Shown one piece after another: positions 32,301 through 47,300 of a stretch of 64,000 nt of DNA. This DNA is from Auanema rhodensis (lineage: Eukaryota > Animalia > Nematoda): contig OZ059899.1 of assembly GCA_964057225.1 (NCBI GenBank), positions 3,224,001-3,288,000 of the forward strand. Reading direction: 5' to 3'. Under the pieces are notes generated by a model, which was not told where the DNA came from, ran no database searches, and saw nothing but the letters and a program-made list of their open reading frames with translations. A program made the translations under genes and the position numbers. The first letter of the stretch is position 1, and each line of letters opens with the position of its first letter.

Positions 32301-35300
32301 CATGGAAACTCAACATACACTAATGCATCATTTTTCAAACGATCATAACTAATTTTTGTATTAAGCGTTTCTCAATGAAGTATAGTGCATTCGATGCGGA
32401 TTTTTAAGCTGCGTCGATCTGTGTTTTCAGATTTGCGCTAGCTTAAAAATGCACCGAGATATCAACTGATATATGTTCACACTTATATCCTCGATTTTCA
32501 CCCTGAAGAAATAATTTTTTCGTTGAATAACATTGTCCATCGTCTTTGCCTTGAAAAATGGAATCTTAAAACATCTACTTTTTGCTAAATTATTTTGAAA
32601 TTTTTCGAAAAAATTTTTGTCAAAATGTTTTTGGAAGCAATGTTGAGTGTACATGGAAACTCAACATACACTAATGCATCATTTTTCAAACGATCATAAC
32701 TAATTTTTGTATTAAGCGTTTCTCAATGAAGTATAGTGCATTCGATGCGGATTTTCAAGCTGCGTCGATCTGTGTTATCAGATTTGCGCTAGCTTAAAAA
32801 TGCACCGAGATATCAACTGATATAAGTTCACACATATATACCCGATTTTCACCCTGAAGAATTAATTTTTTCGTTAAATAACCTTGTCCATCGTCTTTGT
32901 CTTGAAAAATAGAATCTTAAAACATCTACTTTTTGCTAAATTATTTTGAAATTTTTCGAAAAAATTTTTGTCAAAATGTTTTTGGAAGCAATGTTGAGTG
33001 TACATGGAAACTCAACATATACTAATGCATCATTTTTCAAACGATCATAACTAATTTTTGTATAAAGTGTTTCTCAATGTAGTATAGTGCATTCGATGCG
33101 GATTTTTAAGCTGCGTCGATCTGTGTTATCAGATTTGCGCTAGCTTAAAAATGCACCGAGATATCAACTGATATAAGTTCACACTTATATCCTCGATTTT
33201 CACCCTGAAGAATTAATTTTTTCGTTGAATAACATTGTTTATCGTCTTTGCCTTGAGAAATGGAATCTACAAACATCTACTTTTTGCTAAATTATTTTGA
33301 ATTTTTTCGAAAAAATTTTTGTCAAAATGTTTTTGGAAGCAATGTTGAGTGTACATGGAAACTCAACATACACTAATGCATCATTTTTCAAACGATCATA
33401 ACTAATTTTTGTATTAAGCGTTTCTCAATGTAGTATAGTGCATTCGATGCGGATTTTTAAGCTGCGTCGATCTGTGTTATCAGATTTGCGCTAGCTTAAA
33501 AATGCACCGAGATATCAACTGATATAAGTTCACACTTATATCCTCGATTTTCACCCTGAAGAATTAATTTTTTCGTTAAATAACCTTGTCCATCGTCTTT
33601 GTCTTGAAAAATAGAATCTAAAAACATCTACTTTTTGCTAAATTATTTTGAAATTTTTCGAAAAAATTTTTGTCAAAATGTTTTTGGAAGCAATGTTGAG
33701 TGTACATGGAAACTCAACATACACTAATGCATCATTTTTCAAACGATCATAACTAATTTTTGTATTAAGCGTTTCTCAATGTAGTATAGTGCATTCGATG
33801 CGGATTTTCAAGCTGCGTCGATCTGTGTTATCAGATTTGCGCTAGCTTAAAAATGCACCGAGATATCAACTGATATAAGTTCACACATATATACCCGATT
33901 TTCACCCTGAAGAATTAACTTTTTCGTTAAATAACCTTGTCCATCGTCTTTGTCTTGAAAAATAGAATCTTAAAACATCTACTTTTTGCTAAATTATTTT
34001 GAAATTTTTCGAAAAAATTTTTGTCAAAATGTTTTTGGAAGCAATGTTGAGTGTACATGGAAACTCAACATATACTAATGCATCATTTTTCAAACGATCA
34101 TAACTAATTTTTGTATCAAGTGTTTCTCAATGTAGTATAGTGCATTCGATGCGGATTTTTAAGCTGCGTCGATCTGTGTTATCAGATTTGCGCTAGCTTA
34201 AAAATGCACCGAGATATCAACTGATATAAGTTCACACATATATCCTCGATTTTCACCCTGAAGAATTAATTTTTTCGTTGAATAACATTGTCTATCGTCT
34301 TTGCCTTGAGAAATGGAATCTACAAACATCTACTTTTTGCTAAATTATTTTGAATTTTTTCGAAAAAATTTTTGTCAAAATGTTTTTGGAAGCAATGTTG
34401 AGTGTACATGGAAACTCAACATACACTAATGCATCATTTTTCAAACGATCATAACTAATTTTTGTATTAAGCGTTTCTCAATGTAGTATAGTGCATTCGA
34501 TGCGGATTTTTAAGCTGCGTCGATCTGTGTTATCAGATTTGCGCTAGCTTAAAAATGCACCGAGATATCAACTGATATAAGTTCACACTTATATCCTCGA
34601 TTTTCACCCTGAAGAAATAATTTTTTCGTTGAATAACATTGTCCATCGTCTTTGCCTTGAAAAAAGGAATCTAAAAACATCTACTTTTTGCTAAATTATT
34701 TTGAAATTTTTCGAAAAAATTTTTGTCAAAATGTTTTTGGAAGCAATGTTGAGTGTACATGGAAACTCAACATACACTAATGCATCATTTTTCAAACGAT
34801 CATAACTAATTTTTGTATTAAGCGTTTCTCAATGAAGTATAGTGCATTCGATGCGGATTTTTAAGCTGCGTCGATCTGTGTTTTCAGATTTGCGCTAGCT
34901 TAAAAATGCACCGAGATATCAACTGATATATGTTCACACTTATATCCTCGATTTCCACCCTGAAGAAATAATTTTTTCGTTGAATAACATTGTCCATCGT
35001 CTTTGCCTTGAAAAATGGAATCTTAAAACATCTACTTTTTGCTAAATTATTTTGAAATTTTTCGAAAAAATTTTTGTCAAAATGTTTTTGGAAGCAATGT
35101 TGAGTGTACATGGAAACTCAACATACACTAATGCATCATTTTTCAAACGATCATAACTAATTTTTGTATTAAGCGTTTCTCAATGAAGTATAGTGCATTC
35201 GATGCGGATTTTTAAGCTGCGTCGATCTGTGTTTTCAGATTTGCGCTAGCTTAAAAATGCACCGAGATATCAACTGATATATGTTCACACTTATATCCTC

Positions 35301-38300
35301 GATTTTCACCCTGAAGAAATAATTTTTTCGTTGAATAACATTGTCCATCGTCTTTGCCTTGAAAAATGGAATCTTAAAACATCTACTTTTTGCTAAATTA
35401 TTTTGAAATTTTTCGAAAAAATTTTTGTCAAAATGTTTTTGGAAGCAATGTTGAGTGTACATGGAAACTCAACATACACTAATGCATCATTTTTCAAACG
35501 ATCATAACTAATTTTTGTATCAAGTGTTTCTCAATGTAGTATAGTGCATTCAATGCGGATTTTTAAGCTGCGTCGATCTGTGTTATCAGATTTGCGCTAG
35601 CTTAAAAATGCACCGAGATATCAACTGATATAAGTTCACACTTATATCCTCGATTTTCACCCTGAAGAATTAATTTTTTCGTTGAATAACATTGTCCATC
35701 GTCTTTGCCTTGAAAAATGGAATCTAAAAACATCTACTTTTTGCTAAATTATTTTGAAATTTTTCGAAAAAATTTTTGTCAAAATGTTTTTGGAAGCAAT
35801 GTTGAGTGTACATGGAAACTCAACATACACTAATGCATCATTTTTCAAACAATCATAACTAATTTTTGTATTAAGCGTTTCTCAATGTAGTATAGTGCAT
35901 TCGATGCGGATTTTCAAGCTGCGTCGATCTGTGTTATCAGATTTGCGCTAGCTTAAAAATGCACCGAGATATCAACTGATATAAGTTCACACATATATAC
36001 CCGATTTTCACCCTGAAGAATTAATTTTTTCGTTAAATAACCTTGTCCATCGTTTTTGTCTTAAAAAATAGAATCTAAAAACATCTACTTTTTGCTAAAT
36101 TATTTTGAAATTTTTCGAAAAAATTTTTGTCAAAATGTTTTTGGAAGCAATGTTGAGTGTACATGGAAACTCAACATACACTAATGCATCATTTTTCAAA
36201 CGATCATAACTAATTTTTGTATTAAGCGTTTCTCAATGTAGTATAGTGCATTCGATGCGGATTTTCAAGCTGCGTCGATCTGTGTTATCAGATTTGCGCT
36301 AGCTTAAAAATGCACCGAGATATCAACTGATATAAGTTCACACATATATACCCGATTTTCACCCTGAAGAATTAATTTTTTCGTTAAATAACCTTGTCCA
36401 TCGTCTTTGTCTTGAAAAATAGAATCTTAAAACATCTACTTTTTGCTAAATTATTTTGAAATTTTTCGAAAAAATTTTTGTCAAAATGTTTTTGGAAGCA
36501 ATGTTGAGTGTACATGGAAACTCAACATACACTAATGCATCATTTTTCAAACGATCATAACTAATTTTTGTATTAAGCGTTTCTCAATGTAGTATAGTGC
36601 ATTCGATGCGGATTTTTAAGCTGCGTCGATCTGTGTTATCAGATTTGCGCTAGCTTAAAAATGCACCGAGATATCAACTGATATAAGTTCACACTTATAT
36701 CCTCGATTTTCACCCTGAAGAATTAATTTTTTCGTTAAATAACCTTGTCCATCGTCTTTGTCTTGAAAAATAGAATCTAAAAACATCTACTTTTTGCTAA
36801 ATTATTTTGAAATTTTTCGAAAAAATTTTTGTCAAAATGTTTTTGGAAGCAATGTTGAGTGTACATGGAAACTCAACATACACTAATGCATCATTTTTCA
36901 AACGATCATAACTAATTTTTGTATTAAGCGTTTCTCAATGTAGTATAGTGCATTCGATGCGGATTTTCAAGCTGCGTCGATCTGTGTTATCAGATTTGCG
37001 CTAGCTTAAAAATGCACCGAGATATCAACTGATATAAGTTCACACATATATACCCGATTTTCACCCTGAAGAATTAACTTTTTCGTTAAATAACCTTGTC
37101 CATCGTCTTTGTCTTGAAAAATAGAATCTTAAAACATCTACTTTTTGCTAAATTATTTTGAAATTTTTCGAAAAAATTTTTGTCAAAATGTTTTTGGAAG
37201 CAATGTTGAGTGTACATGGAAACTCAACATATACTAATGCATCATTTTTCAAACGATCATAACTAATTTTTGTATCAAGTGTTTCTCAATGTAGTATAGT
37301 GCATTCGATGCGGATTTTTAAGCTGCGTCGATCTGTGTTATCAGATTTGCGCTAGCTTAAAAATGCACCGAGATATCAACTGATATAAGTTCACACATAT
37401 ATCCTCGATTTTCACCCTGAAGAATTAATTTTTTCGTTGAATAACATTGTCTATCGTCTTTGCCTTGAGAAATGGAATCTACAAACATCTACTTTTTGCT
37501 AAATTATTTTGAATTTTTTCGAAAAAATTTTTGTCAAAATGTTTTTGGAAGCAATGTTGAGTGTACATGGAAACTCAACATACACTAATGCATCATTTTT
37601 CAAACGATCATAACTAATTTTTGTATTAAGCGTTTCTCAATGTAGTATAGTGCATTCGATGCGGATTTTTAAGCTGCGTCGATCTGTGTTATCAGATTTG
37701 CGCTAGCTTAAAAATGCACCGAGATATCAACTGATATAAGTTCACACTTATATCCTCGATTTTCACCCTGAAGAAATAATTTTTTCGTTGAATAACATTG
37801 TCCATCGTCTTTGCCTTGAAAAAAGGAATCTAAAAACATCTACTTTTTGCTAAATTATTTTGAAATTTTTCGAAAAAATTTTTGTCAAAATGTTTTTGGA
37901 AGCAATGTTGAGTGTACATGGAAACTCAACATACACTAATGCATCATTTTTCAAACGATCATAACTAATTTTTGTATTAAGCGTTTCTCAATGAAGTATA
38001 GTGCATTCGATGCGGATTTTTAAGCTGCGTCGATCTGTGTTTTCAGATTTGCGCTAGCTTAAAAATGCACCGAGATATCAACTGATATATGTTCACACTT
38101 ATATCCTCGATTTCCACCCTGAAGAAATAATTTTTTCGTTGAATAACATTGTCCATCGTCTTTGCCTTGAAAAATGGAATCTTAAAACATCTACTTTTTG
38201 CTAAATTATTTTGAAATTTTTCGAAAAAATTTTTGTCAAAATGTTTTTGGAAGCAATGTTGAGTGTACATGGAAACTCAACATACACTAATGCATCATTT

Positions 38301-41300
38301 TTCAAACGATCATAACTAATTTTTGTATTAAGCGTTTCTCAATGAAGTATAGTGCATTCGATGCGGATTTTTAAGCTGCGTCGATCTGTGTTTTCAGATT
38401 TGCGCTAGCTTAAAAATGCACCGAGATATCAACTGATATATGTTCACACTTATATCCTCGATTTTCACCCTGAAGAAATAATTTTTTCGTTGAATAACAT
38501 TGTCCATCGTCTTTGCCTTGAAAAATGGAATCTTAAAACATCTACTTTTTGCTAAATTATTTTGAAATTTTTCGAAAAAATTTTTGTCAAAATGTTTTTG
38601 GAAGCAATGTTGAGTGTACATGGAAACTCAACATACACTAATGCATCATTTTTCAAACGATCATAACTAATTTTTGTATCAAGTGTTTCTCAATGTAGTA
38701 TAGTGCATTCAATGCGGATTTTTAAGCTGCGTCGATCTGTGTTATCAGATTTGCGCTAGCTTAAAAATGCACCGAGATATCAACTGATATAAGTTCACAC
38801 TTATATCCTCGATTTTCACCCTGAAGAATTAATTTTTTCGTTGAATAACATTGTCCATCGTCTTTGCCTTGAAAAATGGAATCTAAAAACATCTACTTTT
38901 TGCTAAATTATTTTGAAATTTTTCGAAAAAATTTTTGTCAAAATGTTTTTGGAAGCAATGTTGAGTGTACATGGAAACTCAACATACACTAATGCATCAT
39001 TTTTCAAACAATCATAACTAATTTTTGTATTAAGCGTTTCTCAATGTAGTATAGTGCATTCGATGCGGATTTTCAAGCTGCGTCGATCTGTGTTATCAGA
39101 TTTGCGCTAGCTTAAAAATGCACCGAGATATCAACTGATATAAGTTCACACATATATACCCGATTTTCACCCTGAAGAATTAATTTTTTCGTTAAATAAC
39201 CTTGTCCATCGTTTTTGTCTTAAAAAATAGAATCTAAAAACATCTACTTTTTGCTAAATTATTTTGAAATTTTTCGAAAAAATTTTTGTCAAAATGTTTT
39301 TGGAAGCAATGTTGAGTGTACATGGAAACTCAACATACACTAATGCATCATTTTTCAAACGATCATAACTAATTTTTGTATTAAGCGTTTCTCAATGTAG
39401 TATAGTGCATTCGATGCGGATTTTCAAGCTGCGTCGATCTGTGTTATCAGATTTGCGCTAGCTTAAAAATGCACCGAGATATCAACTGATATAAGTTCAC
39501 ACATATATACCCGATTTTCACCCTGAAGAATTAATTTTTTCGTTAAATAACCTTGTCCATCGTCTTTGTCTTGAAAAATAGAATCTTAAAACATCTACTT
39601 TTTGCTAAATTATTTTGAAATTTTTCGAAAAAATTTTTGTCAAAATGTTTTTGGAAGCAATGTTGAGTGTACATGGAAACTCAACATATACTAATGCATC
39701 ATTTTTCAAACGATCATAACTAATTTTTGTATAAAGTGTTTCTCAATGTAGTATAGTGCATTCGATGCGGATTTTTAAGCTGCGTCGATCTGTGTTATCA
39801 GATTTGCGCTAGCTTAAAAATGCACCGAGATATCAACTGATATAAGTTCACACTTATATCCTCGATTTTCACCCTGAAGAATTAATTTTTTCGTTGAATA
39901 ACATTGTCTATCGTCTTTGCCTTGAGAAATGGAATCTACAAACATCTACTTTTTGCTAAATTATTTTGAATTTTTTCGAAAAAATTTTTGTCAAAATGTT
40001 TTTGGAAGCAATGTTGAGTGTACATGGAAACTCAACATACACTAATGCATCATTTTTCAAACGATCATAACTAATTTTTGTATTAAGCGTTTCTCAATGT
40101 AGTATAGTGCATTCGATGCGGATTTTTAAGCTGCGTCGATCTGTGTTATCAGATTTGCGCTAGCTTAAAAATGCACCGAGATATCAACTGATATAAGTTC
40201 ACACTTATATCCTCGATTTTCACCCTGAAGAAATAATTTTTTCGTTGAATAACATTGTCCATCGTCTTTGCCTTGAAAAAAGGAATCTAAAAACATCTAC
40301 TTTTTGCTAAATTATTTTGAAATTTTTCGAAAAAATTTTTGTCAAAATGTTTTTGGAAGCAATGTTGAGTGTACATGGAAACTCAACATACACTAATGCA
40401 TCATTTTTCAAACGATCATAACTAATTTTTGTATTAAGCGTTTCTCAATGAAGTATAGTGCATTCGATGCGGATTTTTAAGCTGCGTCGATCTGTGTTTT
40501 CAGATTTGCGCTAGCTTAAAAATGCACCGAGATATCAACTGATATATGTTCACACTTATATCCTCGATTTTCACCCTGAAGAATTAATTTTTTCGTTGAA
40601 TAACATTGTCTATCGTCTTTGCCTTGAGAAATGGAATCTACAAACATCTACTTTTTGCTAAATTATTTTGAATTTTTTCGAAAAAATTTTTGTCAAAATG
40701 TTTTTGGAAGCAATGTTGAGTGTACATGGAAACTCAACATACACTAATGCATCATTTTTCAAACGATCATAACTAATTTTTGTATTAAGCGTTTCTCAAT
40801 GTAGTATAGTGCATTCGATGCGGATTTTCAAGCTGCGTCGATCTGTGTTATCAGATTTGCGCTAGCTTAAAAATGCACCGAGATATCAACTGATATAAGT
40901 TCACACATATATACCCGATTTTCACCCTGAAGAATTAATTTTTTCGTTAAATAACCTTGTCCATCGTCTTTGTCTTGAAAAATAGAATCTTAAAACATCT
41001 ACTTTTTGCTAAATTATTTTGGAATTTTTCGAAAAAATTTTTGTCAAAATGTTTTTGGAAGCAATGTTGAGTGTACATGGAAACTCAACATATACTAATG
41101 CATCATTTTTCAAACGATCATAACTAATTTTTGTATCAAGTGTTTCTCAATGTAGTATAGTGCATTCGATGCGGATTTTTAAGCTGCGTCGATCTGTGTT
41201 ATCAGATTTGCGCTAGCTTAAAAATGCACCGAGATATCAACTGATATAAGTTCACACTTATATCCTCGATTTTCACCCTGAAGAATTAATTTTTTCGTTG

Positions 41301-44300
41301 AATAACATTGTCCATCGTCTTTGCCTTGAAAAATGGAATCTAAAAACATCTACTTTTTGCTAAATTATTTTGAAATTTTTCGAAAAAATTTTTGTCAAAA
41401 TGTTTTTGGAAGCAATGTTGAGTGTACATGGAAACTCAACATACACTAATGCATCATTTTTCAAACGATCATAACTAATTTTTGTATTAAGCGTTTCTCA
41501 ATGTAGTATAGTGCATTCGATGCGGATTTTCAAGCTGCGTCGATCTGTGTTATCAGATTTGCGCTAGCTTAAAAATGCACCGAGATATCAACTGATATAA
41601 GTTCACACATATATACCCGATTTTCACCCTGAAGAATTAATTTTTTCGTTAAATAACCTTGTCCATCGTTTTTGTCTTAAAAAATAGAATCTAAAAACAT
41701 CTACTTTTTGCTAAATTATTTTGAAATTTTTCGAAAAAATTTTTGTCAAAATGTTTTTGGAAGCAATGTTGAGTGTACATGGAAACTCAACATATACTAA
41801 TGCATCATTTTTCAAACGATCATAACTAATTTTTGTATCAAGTGTTTCTCAATGTAGTATAGTGCATTCGATGCGGATTTTTAAGCTGCGTCGATCTGTG
41901 TTATCAGATTTGCGCTAGCTTAAAAATGCACCGAGATATCAACTGATATAAGTTCACACTTATATCCTCGATTTTCACCCTGAAGAATTAATTTTTTCGT
42001 TGAATAACATTGTCTATCGTCTTTGCCTTGAGAAATGGAATCTACAAACATCTACTTTTTGCTAAATTATTTTGAATTTTTTCGAAAAAATTTTTGTCAA
42101 AATGTTTTTGGAAGCAATGTTGAGTGTACATGGAAACTCAACATACACTAATGCATCATTTTTCAAACGATCATAACTAATTTTTGTATTAAGCGTTTCT
42201 CAATGTAGTATAGTGCATTCGATGCGGATTTTTAAGCTGCGTCGATCTGTGTTATCAGATTTGCGCTAGCTTAAAAATGCACCGAGATATCAACTGATAT
42301 AAGTTCACACTTATATCCTCGATTTTCACCCTGAAGAAATAATTTTTTCGTTGAATAACATTGTCCATCGTCTTTGCCTTGAAAAAAGGAATCTAAAAAC
42401 ATCTACTTTTTGCTAAATTATTTTGAAATTTTTCGAAAAAATTTTTGTCAAAATGTTTTTGGAAGCAATGTTGAGTGTACATGGAAACTCAACATACACT
42501 AATGCATCATTTTTCAAACGATCATAACTAATTTTTGTATTAAGCGTTTCTCAAGGAAGTATAGTGCATTCGATGCGGATTTTTAAGCTGCGTCGATCTG
42601 TGTTTTCAGATTTGCGCTAGCTTAAAAATGCACCGAGATATCAACTGATATATGTTCACACTTATATCCTCGATTTTCACCCTGAAGAAATAATTTTTTC
42701 GTTGAATAACATTGTCCATCGTCTTTGCCTTGAAAAATGGAATCTTAAAACATCTACTTTTTGCTAAATTATTTTGAAATTTTTCGAAAAAATTTTTGTC
42801 AAAATGTTTTTGGAAGCAATGTTGAGTGTACATGGAAACTCAACATACACTAATGCATCATTTTTCAAACGATCATAACTAATTTTTGTATTAAGCGTTT
42901 CTCAATGAAGTATAGTGCATTCGATGCGGATTTTTAAGCTGCGTCGATCTGTGTTTTCAGATTTGCGCTAGCTTAAAAATGCACCGAGATATCAACTGAT
43001 ATATGTTCACACTTATATCCTCGATTTTCACCCTGAAGAAATAATTTTTTCGTTGAATAACATTGTCCATCGTCTTTGCCTTGAAAAATGGAATCTTAAA
43101 ACATCTACTTTTTGCTAAATTATTTTGAAATTTTTCGAAAAAATTTTTGTCAAAATGTTTTTGGAAGCAATGTTGAGTGTACATGGAAACTCAACATACA
43201 CTAATGCATCATTTTTCAAACGATCATAACTAATTTTTGTATCAAGTGTTTCTCAATGTAGTATAGTGCATTCAATGCGGATTTTTAAGCTGCGTCGATC
43301 TGTGTTATCAGATTTGCGCTAGCTTAAAAATGCACCGAGATATCAACTGATATAAGTTCACACTTATATCCTCGATTTTCACCCTGAAGAATTAATTTTT
43401 TCGTTGAATAACATTGTCCATCGTCTTTGCGTTGAAAAATGGAATCTAAAAACATCTACTTTTTGCTAAATTATTTTGAAATTTTTCGAAAAAATTTTTG
43501 TCAAAATGTTTTTGGAAGCAATGTTGAGTGTACATGGAAACTCAACATACACTAATGCATCATTTTTCAAACGATCATAACTAATTTTTGTATTAAGCGT
43601 TTCTCAATGTAGTATAGTGCATTCGATGCGGATTTTCAAGCTGCGTCGATCTGTGTTATCAGATTTGCGCTAGCTTAAAAATGCACCGAGATATCAACTG
43701 ATATAAGTTCACACATATATACCCGATTTTCACCCTGAAGAATTAATTTTTTCGTTAAATAACCTTGTCCATCGTTTTTGTCTTAAAAAATAGAATCTAA
43801 AAACATCTACTTTTTGCTAAATTATTTTGAAATTTTTCGAAAAAATTTTTGTCAAAATGTTTTTGGAAGCAATGTTGAGTGTACATGGAAACTCAACATA
43901 CACTAATGCATCATTTTTCAAACGATCATAACTAATTTTTGTATTAAGCGTTTCTCAATGTAGTATAGTGCATTCGATGCGTATTTTCAAGCTGCGTCGA
44001 TCTGTGTTATCAGATTTGCGCTAGCTTAAAAATGCACCGAGATATCAACTGATATAAGTTCACACATATATACCCGATTTTCACCCTGAAGAATTAACTT
44101 TTTCGTTAAATAACCTTGTCCATCGTCTTTGTCTTGAAAAATAGAATCTTGAAACATCTACTTTTTGCTAAATTATTTTGAAATTTTTCGAAAAAATTTT
44201 TGTCAAAATGTTTTTGGAAGCAATGTTGAGTGTACATGGAAACTCAACATATACTAATGCATCATTTTTCAAACGATCATAACTAATTTTTGTATCAAGT

Positions 44301-47300
44301 GTTTCTCAATGTAGTATAGTGCATTCGATGCGGATTTTTAAGCTGCGTCGATCTGTGTTATCAGATTTGCGCTAGCTTAAAAATGCACCGAGATATCAAC
44401 TGATATAAGTTCACACTTATATCCTCGATTTTCACCCTGAAGAATTAATTTTTTCGTTGAATAACATTGTCTATCGTCTTTGCCTTGAAAAATGGAATCT
44501 TAAAACATCTACTTTTTGCTAAATTATTTTGAAATTTTTCGAAAAAATTTTTGTCAAAATGTTTTTGGAAGCAATGTTGAGTGTACATGGAAACTCAACA
44601 TACACTAATGCATCATTTTTCAAACGATCATAACTAATTTTTGTATTAAGCGTTTCTCAATGAAGTATAGTGCATTCGATGCGGATTTTTAAGCTGCGTC
44701 GATCTGTGTTTTCAGATTTGCGCTAGCTTAAAAATGCACCGAGATATCAACTGATATATGTTCACACTTATATCCTCGATTTTCACCCTGAAGAAATAAT
44801 TTTTTCGTTGAATAACATTGTCCATCGTCTTTGCCTTGAAAAATGGAATCTTAAAACATCTACTTTTTGCTAAATTATTTTGAAATTTTTCGAAAAAATT
44901 TTTGTCAAAATGTTTTTGGAAGCAATGTTGAGTGTACATGGAAACTCAACATACACTAATGCATCATTTTTCAAACGATCATAACTAATTTTTGTATCAA
45001 GTGTTTCTCAATGTAGTATAGTGCATTCAATGCGGATTTTTAAGCTGCGTCGATCTGTGTTATCAGATTTGCGCTAGCTTAAAAATGCACCGAGATATCA
45101 ACTGATATAAGTTCACACTTATATCCTCGATTTTCACCCTGAAGAATTAATTTTTTCGTTGAATAACATTGTCCATCGTCTTTGCCTTGAAAAATGGAAT
45201 CTAAAAACATCTACTTTTTGCTAAATTATTTTGAAATTTTTCGAAAAAATTTTTGTCAAAATGTTTTTGGAAGCAATGTTGAGTGTACATGGAAACTCAA
45301 CATACACTAATGCATCATTTTTCAAACGATCATAACTAATTTTTGTATTAAGCGTTTCTCAATGTAGTATAGTGCATTCGATGCGGATTTTCAAGCTGCG
45401 TCGATCTGTGTTATCAGATTTGCGCTAGCTTAAAAATGCACCGAGATATCAACTGATATAAGTTCACACATATATACCCGATTTTCACCCTGAAGAATTA
45501 ATTTTTTCGTTAAATAACCTTGTCCATCGTTTTTGTCTTAAAAAATAGAATCTAAAAACATCTACTTTTTGCTAAATTATTTTGAAATTTTTCGAAAAAA
45601 TTTTTGTCAAAATGTTTTTGGAAGCAATGTTGAGTGTACATGGAAACTCAACATATACTAATGCATCATTTTTCAAACGATCATAACTAATTTTTGTATA
45701 AAGTGTTTCTCAATGTAGTATAGTGCATTCGATGCGGATTTTTAAGCTGCGTCGATCTGTGTTATCAGATTTGCGCTAGCTTAAAAATGCACCGAGATAT
45801 CAACTGATATAAGTTCACACTTATATCCTCGATTTTCACCCTGAAGAATTAATTTTTTCGTTGAATAACATTGTTTATCGTCTTTGCCTTGAGAAATGGA
45901 ATCTACAAACATCTACTTTTTGCTAAATTATTTTGAATTTTTTCGAAAAAATTTTTGTCAAAATGTTTTTGGAAGCAATGTTGAGTGTACATGGAAACTC
46001 AACATACACTAATGCATCATTTTTCAAACGATCATAACTAATTTTTGTATTAAGCGTTTCTCAATGTAGTATAGTGCATTCGATGCGGATTTTTAAGCTG
46101 CGTCGATCTGTGTTATCAGATTTGCGCTAGCTTAAAAATGCACCGAGATATCAACTGATATAAGTTCACACTTACATCCTCGATTTTCACCCTGAAGAAA
46201 TAATTTTTTCGTTGAATAACATTGTCCATCGTCTTTGCCTTGAAAAAAGGAATCTAAAAACATCTACTTTTTGCTAAATTATTTTGAAATTTTTCGAAAA
46301 AATTTTTGTCAAAATGTTTTTGGAAGCAATGTTGAGTGTACATGGAAACTCAACATACACTAATGCATCATTTTTCAAACGATCATAACTAATTTTTGTA
46401 TTAAGCGTTTCTCAATGAAGTATAGTGCATTCGATGCGGATTTTTAAGCTGCGTCGATCTGTGTTTTCAGATTTGCGCTAGCTTAAAAATGCACCGAGAT
46501 ATCAACTGATATATGTTCACACTTATATCCTCGATTTTCACCCTGAAGAATTAATTTTTTCGTTGAATAACATTGTCTATCGTCTTTGCCTTGAGAAATG
46601 GAATCTACAAACATCTACTTTTTGCTAAATTATTTTGAATTTTTTCGAAAAAATTTTTGTCAAAATGTTTTTGGAAGCAATGTTGAGTGTACATGGAAAC
46701 TCAACATACACTAATGCATCATTTTTCAAACGATCATAACTAATTTTTGTATTAAGCGTTTCTCAATGAAGTATAGTGCATTCGATGCGGATTTTCAAGC
46801 TGCGTCGATCTGTGTTATCAGATTTGCGCTAGCTTAAAAATGCACCGAGATATCAACTGATATAAGTTCACACATATATACCCGATTTTCACCCTGAAGA
46901 ATTAATTTTTTCGTTAAATAACCTTGTCCATCGTCTTTGTCTTGAAAAATAGAATCTTAAAACATCTACTTTTTGCTAAATTATTTTGAAATTTTTCGAA
47001 AAAATTTTTGTCAAAATGTTTTTGGAAGCAATGTTGAGTGTACATGGAAACTCAACATATACTAATGCATCATTTTTCAAACGATCATAACTAATTTTTG
47101 TATCAAGTGTTTCTCAATGTAGTATAGTGCATTCGATGCGGATTTTTAAGCTGCGTCGATCTGTGTTATCAGATTTGCGCTAGCTTAAAAATGCACCGAG
47201 ATATCAACTGATATAAGTTCACACTTATATCCTCGATTTTCACCCTGAAGAATTAATTTTTTCGTTGAATAACATTGTCCATCGTCTTTGCCTTGAAAAA

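Noticed and set aside
21897-44939. Twelve 75-aa minus-strand ORFs in the satellite
   Set aside because: They appear only when two satellite SNPs happen to remove stop codons; most monomers lack them and there is no protein signature.
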